Origin: the human T2T-CHM13v2.0 reference genome, Homo sapiens | Strand: one strand, 5' to 3' | NCBI RefSeq assembly: GCF_009914755.1 | Contig: NC_060927.1 | Length of the DNA: 64,000 nucleotides | Shown: positions 20,982 through 35,717 of the stretch, in pieces | Layout: every line of letters begins with the position of its first letter | Numbering within the stretch: position 1 is the first letter of the stretch | Notes under the pieces: generated by a model | Seen by the model: the letters and a program-made list of their open reading frames with translations, nothing else | Databases searched by the model: none | What the model was told of the DNA's origin: nothing | Translations under genes and position numbers: made by a program

Positions 20982-22397
20982 TAAGTTCTTCTTTTTCAAG
21001 GAAGTGAAACCTTCCTTCACAATTGCTATATTGCATTAATTCATTTCATGAATATTTGAGCGGCCAACAGATGAGGTAAACAAAGTATAGATGTGTATCT
21101 GCCTCATGGAACTTATGAATTGCAGAGGGAGACAGGTATTAAATATTCCTGCAAATAAATATGTGATTTCAAAGTATGATAAATACTTCATAGAAAATAA
21201 ATAGAATGTTGTAACATAGAGGAGAATAAAAGAGGAAACACCTTGTAGATCAATTGAACAAGGAAGACCTCTTTGAGAAAGTGAAACGTTAGCTGCAACC
21301 TGAACATTGATAGGCTGTAGCCAAATAGAGAGATGTGGGGAGAGCTTGTGAAGGCAGAAGCCATGTACACCTGTTGCTTCAGGAGCCCCTCAGTGGACAC
21401 TGTCGGAGGACAGGTGCTTTGACAGGCAGACAGGATTGTTTTCTTCCAAGTGCTGCAGGAAGCCCCTGAAGAGTTTTAAGCCTGGAAGTGAAATCCATTT
21501 TATATTTTAGAGGTCACTGTGGCAATTTTTAAATAAAAGAATTGTATTCATACTTTTTCTAATTCTGTGTCTGTTGCTATTACCTATGAAGAAAATATAA
21601 AGTATTTAACAATTTAAATAAGATAAATGTACTTTATAAATAGTCAGTTATACTTTGATGAGGTTTGTGGTGTTTCTATGTAAGATGTTAAGATAGTGGT
21701 AGGAGAACTGAGCTTGGGGTTCCTCAGCATTGTTCATTGGCTGCAGCTTTTGAAAGACAGGGAGGCGCATGGTGGAACTGAATTACTCTGGACTCTTGAG
21801 TCCTAGTCTGCCTTTGGACTTGCAGGTTCTAGGCACAGAGAGAGATGTAGAAGTGTGTAGATTCTAAAGGGTGTAGAATTTGGAAGAAGATGATGGGATG
21901 GTAGAAATATTTATGTGAATGTAGGCAGTGTTGGAGCAGGAGAAAGGGAATAGCAAACAGATAAGAAGGGCCAGCGACTTTCAGCAATCTGAACCACTCA
22001 TTTATTGCCCCATTTGATAACTGCTTTCCTCTCTACCTGCTTGTCTCTGTGCCCGTAGATATACTGAAATGCTGAAGTTAAATATGGATTTTGCAACTAA
22101 AATAGTGTTAGAATTTGAGCCTTTCAGTTCGTTCTTTTTTGGGTATTATATTGATATATTTCAAAAATTCATATTAAAGTATAATCAAGTATGTCCTTTT
22201 GTGGAAACAGGGGTTGATTTGCCATGCCATAGGAAAGCAGAGGATACATGTCTTAAAAGTAAGATAGTGATGGTACAAAATTGCATTGGATACTTTGCAA
22301 AGATTTTTCTGTCCTTGAGCAGTATTTGATGGAGAAGTAAATGTTAATAAATATTGTTCTGGAATGTAATTTAAAAATTCAATGTCTGTTTTGACAG

Positions 22398-22503
22398 GCC
22401 AATAGCAGGATATGCTAACCTGTGTCCAAATATGATCTCTACCCAGCCTCAGGAGTTTGTTGGGATGCTGTCCACAGTGAAACATGAGGTTATTCATGCC
22501 CTG
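22398..22503 (+). CDS. LMLN: LMLN catalytic exon with HEXXH zinc motif ([35 protein letters not shown])
   Basis: ttgacag acceptor, CTG|gtaaat donor, 106 nt; HEVIH codons at 22483-22497. Confidence 0.95.
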
Positions 22504-22610
22504 GTAAATTCTAGCCTTACTGTTCTTTCCTTCATGCCTTGATTTTCTGCTTAGTATGTTCTCATTTTTATACATATATTCCACTTTAAGATGATGTGGA
22601 TTCCTAGACT

Positions 22611-22663
22611 CATGTTCGTGCACATGTACCCTAAAACTTAAAGTATAATAATAATAATAAAAA
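22611..22663 (+). mobile_element. Extreme 3' tip of a young L1PA
   Basis: gtgcacatgtaccctaaaacttaaagtataataataa is the L1PA terminus. Confidence 0.8.
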
Positions 22664-23843
22664 ATTCAAAAATTAGCGGGGCATGGTGGTGTGCACCTGT
22701 CGTACCAGCTACTTGGGAGGCTGAGGTGGGAGGATGGCTTGAGCCCAGGGAGGTTGAGGCTGCAGTGAGCCGAGATTGTGCCACTGCACTCCAGCCTGGT
22801 GGTAGAGGCCGACTTTGTATCAAACAAACAAACAGAAAGATTTATAAAGCTTTTTCCTCTTTTAAAATTCTAAGATTGAAAAATGAACAATACTGAAAGG
22901 CCTTTGGAAGTATATAGATACGGCAGAGCCCTGGGCTGCTGCTGCTGCTGTTTGTTTGTTTTTTGAGGCCCCATGATGGCCCACTGCAGCCTCAGCCTCC
23001 TGGGCTCAAGTGATCCCACCTTAGCCTCCCAAGTAGCTGGGACTACAGACATGTGCCACTACACTTGGCTAATTTTTTTTTTTGATAGAGATAAGGTCTC
23101 GCTATGTTGCCCAGGCTGGTCTCAAACTCCTAGGCTCAAGTGATCCTCCTGTCTCAGACTCCTAAAGTGTTGAGATGAGAGGGGTGAGCCACTATATCCA
23201 GCCCTCTGCTGCTGCAACCTCCTGGGCTCAAATGATCCTCCCACCTCAACCTCCAGAGTAGCTGGGACCACAGGCACGCACCACCATGCCCTGCTAATTT
23301 TTGTATTTTTAGTAGAGATGGGGGTCTCGCCATGTTGCCCAGGCAGGTCTTGAACTCCCGGGCTCAAGTGATCCCCCCCGCCTCAGCCTCCCAAAGTGCT
23401 GGGATTACAGGCATGAGCCACCGCGCCCAGCCCTTCTGCTGCCGCTTCTGATAACCATGTGAAAATCCTTATAGGGAGAAAGTAGTAATGACTTGCCACT
23501 TCCTCAAATTAAAGGAAAGGAAAGTGTCAGCTAAATATTTTTTTACATGTTTATTTGAACACATACGAATGTTTATCTTCCCAGTAATTTTTAAGTAAAT
23601 TTATTGTAAGCAAGTGTCAGTCTTGGCCACGTATCTCAGTGTCCAGCTTCCATCTTTTCAGCTCTGGTCCAGCTCTTGTTCAGAAGTGATACCTGATAGC
23701 TGATAGCTTCTCAAAAAAGGAAGAAGGGCCGGGCGCGGTGGCTCTCGCCTGTAATCCCAGAACTTTGGGAGGATTCTTCTATATATATAAGAAGGCCAAA
23801 ATAACTTTAAAACGCAGACAGACTTTCAAAACCATTTCATAAT

Positions 23844-23845
<2 letters not shown>

Positions 23846-23884
<39 letters not shown>
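23846..23884. repeat. (CA)n microsatellite, about 19 units
   Basis: Read directly. Confidence 0.95.
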
Positions 23885-23887
<3 letters not shown>

Positions 23888-24252
23888 CAAACAGGAATTA
23901 AAAACACAACAGCTGGTGTTCTTTATGGTTTTAAAATTCTAGTCGTGCTTGGAAATATAATTATACGACAGTAATTAATGTTTGTAGTATTTCTACTGAA
24001 TATAAATTTAAAATATATAATACATTTTAGAAAATTTCTCGTTAGAAATATTTACCTCAAGTAATCAGAATTTAAAATTTATAAATATGGAACACTTAAT
24101 TGTTGTTCAATTCCAGCGTAGGAGAAGTTCCTACAGAAGCACTGGCGTGGTGCTTCTACGTTCCCGTTAGTATCAGTGCTCTCTTTTGATCGCAGGCCTG
24201 TAATCAGCCTTGATGTTTTTCACTTGAAGACATTTTGAACTTTTTCTTACAG

Positions 24253-24347
24253 GGTTTCTCTGCTGGGCTGTTTGCATTCTACCATGATAAAGATGGAAAT
24301 CCTCTCACTTCAAGATTTGCAGATGGCCTCCCACCTTTTAATTATAG
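24253..24347 (+). CDS. LMLN: LMLN coding exon ([32 protein letters not shown])
   Basis: ttttcttacag acceptor, TAG|gtattt donor, 95 nt; completes HEXXHALGFS of the M8 family. Confidence 0.93.
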
Positions 24348-25260
24348 GTATTTTTGTTGTTGTTGCTCTTGTTCTCCTCTTTTAGGAGGGTGCTAAGACT
24401 AGAATCTGAGAATCACAGTATATTAGATGCCATAAATAATAATGTCTTCATGGCAAACCTAAGGAAATTGTAGATATTAAAACAAAATGGGATATAAGAG
24501 GCCATTTTATGAAAACATAACTTGTGAGATGTAAGTGAGGAGGAGAGAGATACCCACACACAAGAACCATTCTTAAGCTGATAATTTGCAGTGCTTCCTT
24601 GCATTGAGGATATTCCTCAAAAGCATCAAACCTTCCGGCCAGGCACAATGGCTCATGCCTGTAATCCTGCACTTTGGGAGGCCAAGGTGGGCTGATTGCT
24701 TGAGCCCATGAGTTCAAAACCTGCCGGGCAGCGTGGCAAAACCCTGTCTCTACAAAAAAATACAAAAATTAGCCAGGCATGGTTGCATGCGCCTGTAGTC
24801 CCAGCTACTTGGGGTGCTGAGCAGAAGGATCAATTCAGCTCAGGAGGCTGAGGCTACAGTGAGCTGTGATGACGCATCTGCACTCCAGCCTGGGTGACAG
24901 AGTGACTGTCTCAAGAAAAAAAAGAGAAGCCTTCCAGTAAAAACGAAGATAATAGAGTAATAAATTCAGTTGTTACAGATATAAAGAATTGGATTTTGCT
25001 TTAACTGTATTTGGGGAAACTGTTAATCTTGAAGTATGAATGATAAAGAGAGATTGGAGTGATTAATAAGGTAAAAACTTTATTTTCTGGCTGGCTTTGT
25101 TCACTACTTATGTGTAAACGTTGCCTTGCCATGGAAAAACAGGAATTAAAAACAACCTCTCTAAGGCATGGTTAGATGAACAGATAACGTGATAACAAAT
25201 ACAACAAAATGTTAATTACAGAATCTAGGTGAGCTGGTTGATTATAAGGGTGTTTAGTAA

Positions 25261-25821
<561 letters not shown>

Positions 25822-27117
25822 TAGCCAGGATGATCTCGATCTGCTGACCTCGTGATCCACCCCTCTCGGCCTCCCAAAGTGCTGGGATTACAGGCGTGAG
25901 CCACCGCGCCCGGCCAAAATTTTTACAAAACAGTATTGGAAAAGAAAACCCTCTTTATATTTTCTGTTCTTTTACTGAGAATGAAAGATTTATAGGGAAA
26001 ATGGTAGAAGTAGTCTAGGGAATAAGCCAGAAAAAAAATGACTTAGGTTACAGGGAAAAATAAAAATTGATATCCATCGTAATTTTCTATAATAGATAAA
26101 TGTGTTACTTTTGTAGTAGTGCTTTTATTTATGCAGGGTAGATTTCCCAAACTGGGATTGCTGATTTAAAATCTGTTTACACTATAAATTTTAATAGAAA
26201 CTGCCATGTTACATTTTTTTTAAAAGGTATAGCAAAGCACATTCCCACCAGGTGTGTATGAGTGCTTTTGTTACCACTTTATCAGTATCGGATATTATAG
26301 ATCTTTTTTATTTTTAAGCCCAATTTGATGGATTAAAAGATGGTATCTCATTGTTGTATTTCCAGGACTATAGTGAGGTTTTAGCCATTTGCATTTTCTC
26401 TTTGTACACTGCCTATTTATTTTCCTTGTCCAGTCTTTTAGGTTAATTTTCCCTTTCTAATCACGTTGTAGGAGTTCTTTATAAATTAGAGATATTACTC
26501 CTTTTTCATGCTTATTATAAATATTTCTCCTAGTTTATCTTTTTATTTCATTTATCATGCTTTTGCCATGTATAGAAAAGTTTTTAAGTTTTTTATCATT
26601 AAATTCATCTATCTTTTTTTTTTTGAGATGGAGTCTCACTATATTGCCCAGGTGGGTCTCGAACTCCTGGGCTCAGGCAAGCTTCCTGCCTCCGTCTCTC
26701 AAGCAGCTGGGACTACGGTCACATGCCACTGTACCCCGATGTTTTTTTCTTTGTTGCTTAAGGCCTCAAAAGATTATAAAAATATTCTCCTACATTTATT
26801 CTAGTAAATTATTATTCGATTTCTTTACATTTATAGCTTCAATGCATTTGAAATTTTTTTTGATTTATGTATTTTGGGATTCTTTTGTAAGGTGCATATA
26901 TGTTTATAATTGTTATATCTTTATGCTGGATTTACCCCTTTTTTTTTTTTTTTTTTTTTTTGAGGCAGGGTCTCACTCTGTTGCCCAGGCTGCAGTGCAG
27001 TGGCACAATCATGATCACGGCTTACTGCAGTGTTGATCTTCCCAGGCTCAGGTGATCTTCCCACCTCAGCCTCCTGAGTAGCTGGGACTACAGGAGTGTG
27101 CCACCATGCTCATCTAG

Positions 27118-27372
<255 letters not shown>

Positions 27373-29014
27373 TAGTGATTCGCCCATCTCGGCCTCCCAA
27401 AGTGCTGGGATTACAGGTGTGAGCCACTGCACCTGGCCTATGTAGTATATCTTTTTATCCTTTTACTTTCCACCTATTTGTGTTATTTAGTCTAAACTAT
27501 GTCTCTTGTAGATATATAGTTAGAGCATGTTTTTAAATTCATTTTTCCAATTAACCCTGTTCTGTCTGCTACAGTGTCTGTCAGGTTACTGGTTTTCACC
27601 ATGATTGTGGGCTGTCGGTTTTCAAGGCTGCCCAAAAGCTGGAGAGAGGGCATGGAAACGCACCACACCGCTCCTGTTTCTACGGAGATTCATCAATTTT
27701 TCATGAATAAATGCTTTCTGCATTGCTATAAATCTTTGATTAATTTCCAAAGTTTAAGAAGTTGATTTCACCAAGTTGGGTGGTTTTTTTCATTGCTTTT
27801 TTCATAGAGGAGAGAATTTTGAGAGATTTTTACGCTGTCATTTTTGCTTCTGACTTTCTGGAATTTATTTTTGTATGTGGTGAAAAAGGGATTTAACCTT
27901 TTTTTTCTAAATGGATAATCAGCACAGTTGTTAGATAAATTCTACTTTCCCACTAAATTAATATGGCATTTTGTTGGTTATGTTTCCTTATATACTTGGA
28001 TATCTGTGAACTTGCTTTCATTTTATCCTGTACACTTGTCAAAAGGAAGTAATTCATCGTCATCTTAGCCAAGTGCTAGCTATGTGAACTTGAACAAGTT
28101 ACTTCATCTCCCTGAACTTTTGTCTCTTTATCTGCAAAATAGTGATGATAATCTCATAGGGTTGTTGAAAAGATGAAATTTAAAACACTTATCAGGGCTA
28201 GGCCCAGTGGCTCACGCCTGTAATCCCAGAGCTTTGAAAGGCTGAGGTGGAAAGATGGCTTGAGGCCAGGAATTCGAGGCCAGTTTTGGCAAAACATAGC
28301 AGATCTTGTCCCAACAAAAAATAAAAAATAAATTGAAAAAAATTTTTCTGGACTGGATTTCATTCTGTCACCCAGGCTGGAGTGCGGCTGTGTGAACATA
28401 GCTCACTGCAGCCTTGAACTCCTGGGCTCAAGTGATCCTCTTGCCTCAGCCTCACGAGTAGCTGGGACTACAGGCACACACTACCATGCCTGGCTTATTT
28501 TATTTTATTTTATTTTATTTTATTTATTTTGTTTTTGAGACAGGGTTTTGCTCTGTCACCCAGTCTGGAGTGCAGTGGCACGAACATGGCTTACTGCAGC
28601 GTCAACCTCCTGGGCTCAAGTGATTCTCCTGCCTCAGCCGCCTGTGTAGCTGGGACCACAGGCCTGCACTACTGCGCCCAGCTAATTTTTAAATTTTTTG
28701 TGGAGACAAGGTCTTCCTGTATTGCCTAGGCTGGTATCAAACTCCTGGGCTCAAGCAGTCTTCCCACCTCGGCCTGCTGAGGTGCTGGGATTACAGGTGT
28801 GAGCCACTGCACCCAACCAAAAAATTAAATTTAAAAAAATGTAGAAAGGAAAATACTTATCAAGTACTTTGTTTGGACTTGATACATAGGAGGTTCTCAA
28901 ATATTTTAATTTCATATTGATATTTATAAAGACTTTTTACAGTAAATGTAAATATTTTTATATTTAAAATGGTGAATTTTCAGTAATAATTGTGTTTTAA
29001 TTCTATAATTACAG

Positions 29015-29132
29015 TCTGGGATTATATCAATGGAGTGATAAAGTAGTTCGAAAAGTGGAGAGATTATGGGATGTTCGAGATAATAAGATAGTTCGTCACA
29101 CTGTGTATCTCCTGGTAACGCCTCGTGTTGTT
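29015..29132 (+). CDS. LMLN: LMLN coding exon ([39 protein letters not shown])
   Basis: ttacag acceptor, GTT|gtaagt donor, 118 nt. Confidence 0.92.
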
Positions 29133-29430
29133 GTAAGTATTATCAGACTTCATGTCTCATGAGCCATCTGTTCTTTTCCTTTACTGTGGTCCTTTCTTTA
29201 CTCATCATTATTGTTTAAGAACTTATAATTAGAGCCTATAGTAGGAAAAGTCATATAAAGGGAATGCAATGAAGCTACGGGCCACGAGAAATCTGAGGAA
29301 ATGGAAACTTGGCAATGGCTCTCACAGCTCCTATCCCACCCAGTGCTTTAGGCCAGTGCCTCCTCTGTTGTGATGCCTCTTAGGACCACTGGTACTATTT
29401 CTATAATGACTGATCATTTTCTTTGGTGTC

Positions 29431-30172
<742 letters not shown>

Positions 30173-30294
30173 TATTCTCCTTTCCCCTTTTCCTTGACTT
30201 TGTACAGCTCTCTGACTTCTAAAGTTCTGCACTGCTCTTGGGCTATTTCCCATCTCTGAAAATCTCTAACTAAAGGACAGATAGAACCCAATGA

Positions 30295-30531
<237 letters not shown>

Positions 30532-33058
30532 TGAGACCCTGTCTCAAAAAAAAAAAAAAAAAGAAAAAAGGAAATTTCTTCCTCCCCTCATCTCATATTC
30601 TTTCTCTGTGTGTACATATATATAGATGTATACACACATCCTATTGGTTCTGTTTCTCCGGAGAACCTTGACTAATACAGACACCAAATGATCAGTCATT
30701 ATAGAAATAGTACCACGGATCCTGAGGTATCACAACAGAGGGGGCACTGGTGACCTCAGGTGATCCGTGCGCCTTGGCCTCCTGAAGTGCTGGGATTACA
30801 GGCGTGAGCCACTGTGTCTGGCCAGAATAGATTTTTTTGGACAGCTAAAAGTGACCAACCTTTAGTTAGACTAAGAAGATGCAAATAACATAAGAAATGA
30901 AAGAGGAGACATTACAGCTGATACCACAGAAACACAAAGGATCATGAGAGACTGTTATAAACAATTATATACCAACAAACTGGATAACCTAGAAGAAATG
31001 AACAAATTCCTAGACAAATACAACTTATGAAGACTGAATCATGAAGAAATAAAAAATCTGAACAGGTTAATAACGAGTAATGAGATTGAATCAGTAATAA
31101 AAGTCTGCCATCAAAGAGAAGCCCAGGACCAGGTTCACTGCTGAATTTCACCAAATGTTTAAAGAAGAACTAATAATCCAGTCCTTCTCAAACTTTTCCA
31201 AAAAATTGAAGAGGAGGGATTACTTCCAGACTTTTTTTTTACCAGGGCAGCAATACTCTAATAACAAATTTAGACAAGGCCATAAGAAAAGAAAATTACA
31301 GGCTAATATTCTTGGTGAGCATAAGTACAAAAATTTTCCAACAAGATACTAACAAGCTGAATTCTATAACATGTTAAATAGGTCATCCATCATGATCAAG
31401 TGAGATTTATCCCCAGGATGCAAGGATGGCTGAACATAGCAAATCAGTAAATGTGATCCATCTCACTGACAGAATGAAGGACAAAAACCATACGATCATC
31501 TCAATAGATGCAAAAAAATCATTTAGCAAAATTCAACATCTTTTTATGATAAAAAACTGACCAAATTAGGTACAAAAGGAAGATACCTCAGCACAATAAA
31601 GGCCATATAAGAGACACCCACAACCAATCTTATACTCATTAGTGAAAAATGGAAAGCCTTTCCTCCAAGATCTGGAACACTCTTACCACTTGTACATAGT
31701 ATTGGAAGTCATCGCAAGAGCAGTCAGGCCATAGAAATAAATAAAAGGCATCCAAATAGGACCAGAAGAAGTGAGATAGTTGCTGTTTGCTGATGATCTT
31801 ATACATAGAAAACCCTAGAGACTCCATCAAAAATTATGAGGATTAATAAATACAGTAAAAGTTGCAGGATACAAAATCAACACACAAAAATTAGTAGTTT
31901 TCTATATACTAACAGAAAACTACCTGAAAAAGAAATCAAGAAAACAATCTCTTTTACAATAGCTACCAAAAAAAAAATTCTTAGGAATAAATTTAACCAG
32001 GGAAGTAAAAGACCTGTACACTGAAAACTAGGTGAAAGAAATTGACACAATAAATATAAAGGTATCCCGTGTTCATGGAGTAGAAGAATTAGTATTGTTA
32101 AAATGTCCATACTACCCAAAACAGTCTACAGATTCAGTGCTATCCCTATCAAAATTCCAATGTCATTTTTCACAGAAGTAGAAAAAAAATCCTCAAGTTC
32201 ATATGGAACCACAAACACACCAAAAAAAAGAAAAAATAGCCAAAACAATCATGAGCAAAAAGAACAAAGCTGTTCAGGCAGTGTGATGCCTCCAGCTTTG
32301 CAGTATTTCAAACTGTACTGCAAAAGCATAGTAATTAAAATGTCATGGTCCTGGCATAAAAATAGGCACATTGATGAATGGAACAGAATAAATTATGATT
32401 AATTTATTGACTTGATTATGATTAACCAATTATGGTTAATTGATTTTTAATAAAGGTGCTAAGAATACACAATGGGAAAAAGTCTCTTCAATAAATGGTG
32501 TTGGGAGAACTGGATATCCATATGCAGAAGAATGAAATTTGACCCTTATCTCACACCATATATACAAAAACCAACTCCAAACATATTAAGTAAACTTAAG
32601 ACCAGAAACTGTAAAACTACTAGAAGAAAACATAAGGGGACAACTACATGACATTGGTTTGGGCAATGAGTTTTTGGATTGGACCCTCAAAGTGCAGGCA
32701 ACAAAAATAAAAACAGACAAATGGGATTACATCAGACGCAGAAGCCTCTGCACAGCAAAGGAAACAAAAGTGTGAAGAGACAGCCTAGAAACAGAGAGAA
32801 AATATTTGCAAGCCATACATCAGAAAAGGCGTTAATATCCAAAATATGCAAGAAATGCAAACAGCTGTGTACAAACAGCCCATTTAAAAAAATGGGCCAA
32901 GGACCTGAATAGACATTTCTCAAAAGAAGACATGCAAATTGTGAACAGGTACGTGAAAAAATGCTCAACATTACTAATCCTTAGGGAAATGAAAATTAAA
33001 AGCACAATGAGATGTCATTTTATGCCTATCAGATGACTGTTAGCAAAAAGACAAAAGA

Positions 33059-33164
33059 GCTCTCGCTTTGGCAGCACAAAGACTAAAATTGGAATGATAC
33101 AGAGAAGATTAGCATGGCCCCAGTGCAAGGATGACATGCAAATTCATGAAGCATTCCATATTTT
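33059..33164 (+). pseudogene. U6 snRNA retropseudogene, full length, inserted in an L1
   Basis: Aligns end to end with U6 (ctcgctttggcagcac...gatacagagaagattagcatggccc...ttccatatttt). Mismatches are mostly CpG decay. A-rich tail and acaaaaga target duplication on both sides. Confidence 0.93.
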
Positions 33165-33454
33165 AAAAAGAAAAGAAAAGAAACAAAAGATAAGAAGTGT
33201 TGGTGAGGATGTGGAGATAGTATAAATTAGTACAGCCATTATGGAAAACTGGAAGTTCTTCAAAAAACTAAAAATAGAATTACCATATGCTCCAACAATC
33301 CTTGTTCCATGTTTACACAACAGATTTGAAATCAGTTTGTCAAAGAGATGTTTGCACTCCTGTGTTGACTGCAGCGCTATTTACAACAGCCACATTACAG
33401 AATCAGCCTAAGTGTCCATCAGCAGATGAGTGGGTAAAGAAAGTGTGTTATACA

Positions 33455-33846
33455 CAATTGACCCTTGAACAACATAGGTTGGAACTGCTCAGGTCCACTT
33501 ATTTGTGGACTTTCTGTCACCTCTGCCACCCCTTAGCAAGACCACCCCCTCCTCTTCCTCCTGCTCAATGTGAAGACAAGGATGAAGACCTTTATGAGGA
33601 CCCACTTCCACTTGATGAATAGTGAATATCTTTTCTTACTGATGATATTTTTATAACATTTTATTTTCTCTAGCTTCATTGTAAGAATACATCACATAAT
33701 ACATACAATATACAATATATGTGAGAATTGACTGTGCAGTTACTGGTAAGGCTTCTAGTCCATGGTAGGCTATTAATAGTTAAGTTATGGGGAAATCAAC
33801 AGTTATACACAGATATTGGACTGAACAGGAAGTTGACGCCACTAAC
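33455..33846 (+). mobile_element. Tigger2-family DNA transposon, 3' TIR missing, nested in the L1
   Basis: Starts caattgacccttgaacaaca; internal gatgaagacctttatgaggacccacttccactt; L1 resumes at cacaatggaatac. Confidence 0.75.
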
Positions 33847-34630
33847 ACAATGGAATACTATTCAGCCTTAAAAAGGCGGGAAATTTTGTCATTTGTAAGA
33901 ACATGGGTGAAACTGGAGAACTGATGCTAAAAAAGGAACAGAAAGACAAATACCTAATGTTTTCACATTTCACATGTGACATCTAAAACTATTGAACCCC
34001 GAAGCAGAGGGTAGTGGTTATAGAGGCTGGGGTGGGGGGAGATGGTAAGGTGATGGCCAAAGGGTACAAAATCACAGATGGGTGTAACACTTTTTTTTTC
34101 TTTTTTTTTGAGATCTATTGCACAGTGTGGTGAATATGGTCAATAGTAGTGTATTGCACAGATTTAAATTACTGAGAGTAAATTTAAAATATTCTCACAA
34201 AAAAAGTATTTGAAATGATGGCTATATTAGCTCGATATAATTATTTCACATTGTATTCATAAATCATAACATCACTCTGTACTCCATAAATATATATGGT
34301 TATAACTTAAATAAAAAAATTTAAATTGTTATTGACATGAGTTACAACTGTCAATCATCCTAGTCTATAACATTTTTTAGCTATATGTTGCAAAAGTGAA
34401 AATCTTCAGAGAGAATAAAAGATACTAAGTAGTAATTTCCTAGCAAAGAAGAGTGTGACTGCATTAAAATATTTAGTTATATTAAAAACCATATTTTAAA
34501 AAGAAATTCTCCTTTCTCAACAAAGTAATTCTTTAATGTTAACTTATTATATTCATGTGATGAAAAGTTTGCTGTTATCTTACGGTACTTTTGTACCATA
34601 TTTGTTTCTGATTTTTTTTCTGGTTCTTAG

Positions 34631-34738
34631 GAGGAAGCACGAAAACATTTTGATTGTCCAGTTCTAGAGGGAATGGAACTTGAAAATCAAGGTGGTGTGG
34701 GCACTGAGCTCAACCATTGGGAAAAAAGGTTATTAGAG
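34631..34738 (+). CDS. LMLN: LMLN coding exon with probable third zinc-ligand His ([36 protein letters not shown])
   Basis: ttcttag acceptor, GAG|gtcagt donor, 108 nt; His codon at 34715-34717. Confidence 0.94.
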
Positions 34739-35437
34739 GTCAGTTTGTTTTTAAATTTTCCTAGACTTTATTTAATGAAAATAATTCATAATTATGGTAA
34801 AACTTATTCAAGCAGGTTATAAACTGAAAAATGTTTACGTCCCTTTACCCCTTCAGCTCTCCAGATGCACTTTCCAGATACAGTCACTCCTTACTTTTTT
34901 TGTATATACTTTCATAAATGTTATATATGTATGTGTGTGCAAACACACGCTGAATTGTCTATTTTTTCATGGGTTCACATATTTATGCAACTTTTTTCAC
35001 TTTTTCCAAGGCACTATAGGTGCTTCTGCTATAATGCAATGTATGCTTTCCTGAAAAACCTTTTTCTTCACAATTGGACACTAAAAATAACAAGACTTGT
35101 GGGAAAAACAAGTAAACAGATCACTAACAGAAACAAATAAGTCATATAGAACTATGAGCTCCGTTTTAAAAAGACATCAGATTTTCAATAAATGAAGTCC
35201 TGTATCTACTCTAGTATTTTATTAAAATTTTTATGTTTTTTAGAGACAGGGCCTCACTGTGTCATCCAGGCTGGAGTGCTGCAGCTATTCACATGCATGA
35301 TCATAGCACACTACAGCCTCGAATTCTTTTGGGCTCAAGCAGTCCTCCTGCCTCAGCCTCCGAAGTAGCTGGGACCACAGGCAAACACCACTGCACCCAG
35401 CCTACTCTAGTCTGTGTGTTCGTTCGTTTGTTCGTTC

Positions 35438-35717
<280 letters not shown>

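Larger units (their letters stand above)
30845..34318 (+). mobile_element. Degraded L1 (L1MA-type), 3' part of ORF2 plus 3' UTR; hosts the U6 copy and a Tigger2
   Basis: ORF2-like peptides (MSILPKTVYRFSAIPIKIP, AALFT..QPKCPS.DEWVKK) with many stops; A-rich end. Confidence 0.88.

Noticed and set aside
33059-33164. Functional U6 snRNA gene
   Set aside because: Multiple CpG-decay substitutions, A-rich tail with TSD, embedded in an L1, and no recognisable PSE/TATA.
34628-34633. NAGNAG tandem acceptors (TAG GAG here, CAG GAG at 57632-57637)
   Set aside because: Distal GAG acceptors are rarely used and nothing in the sequence supports their use.
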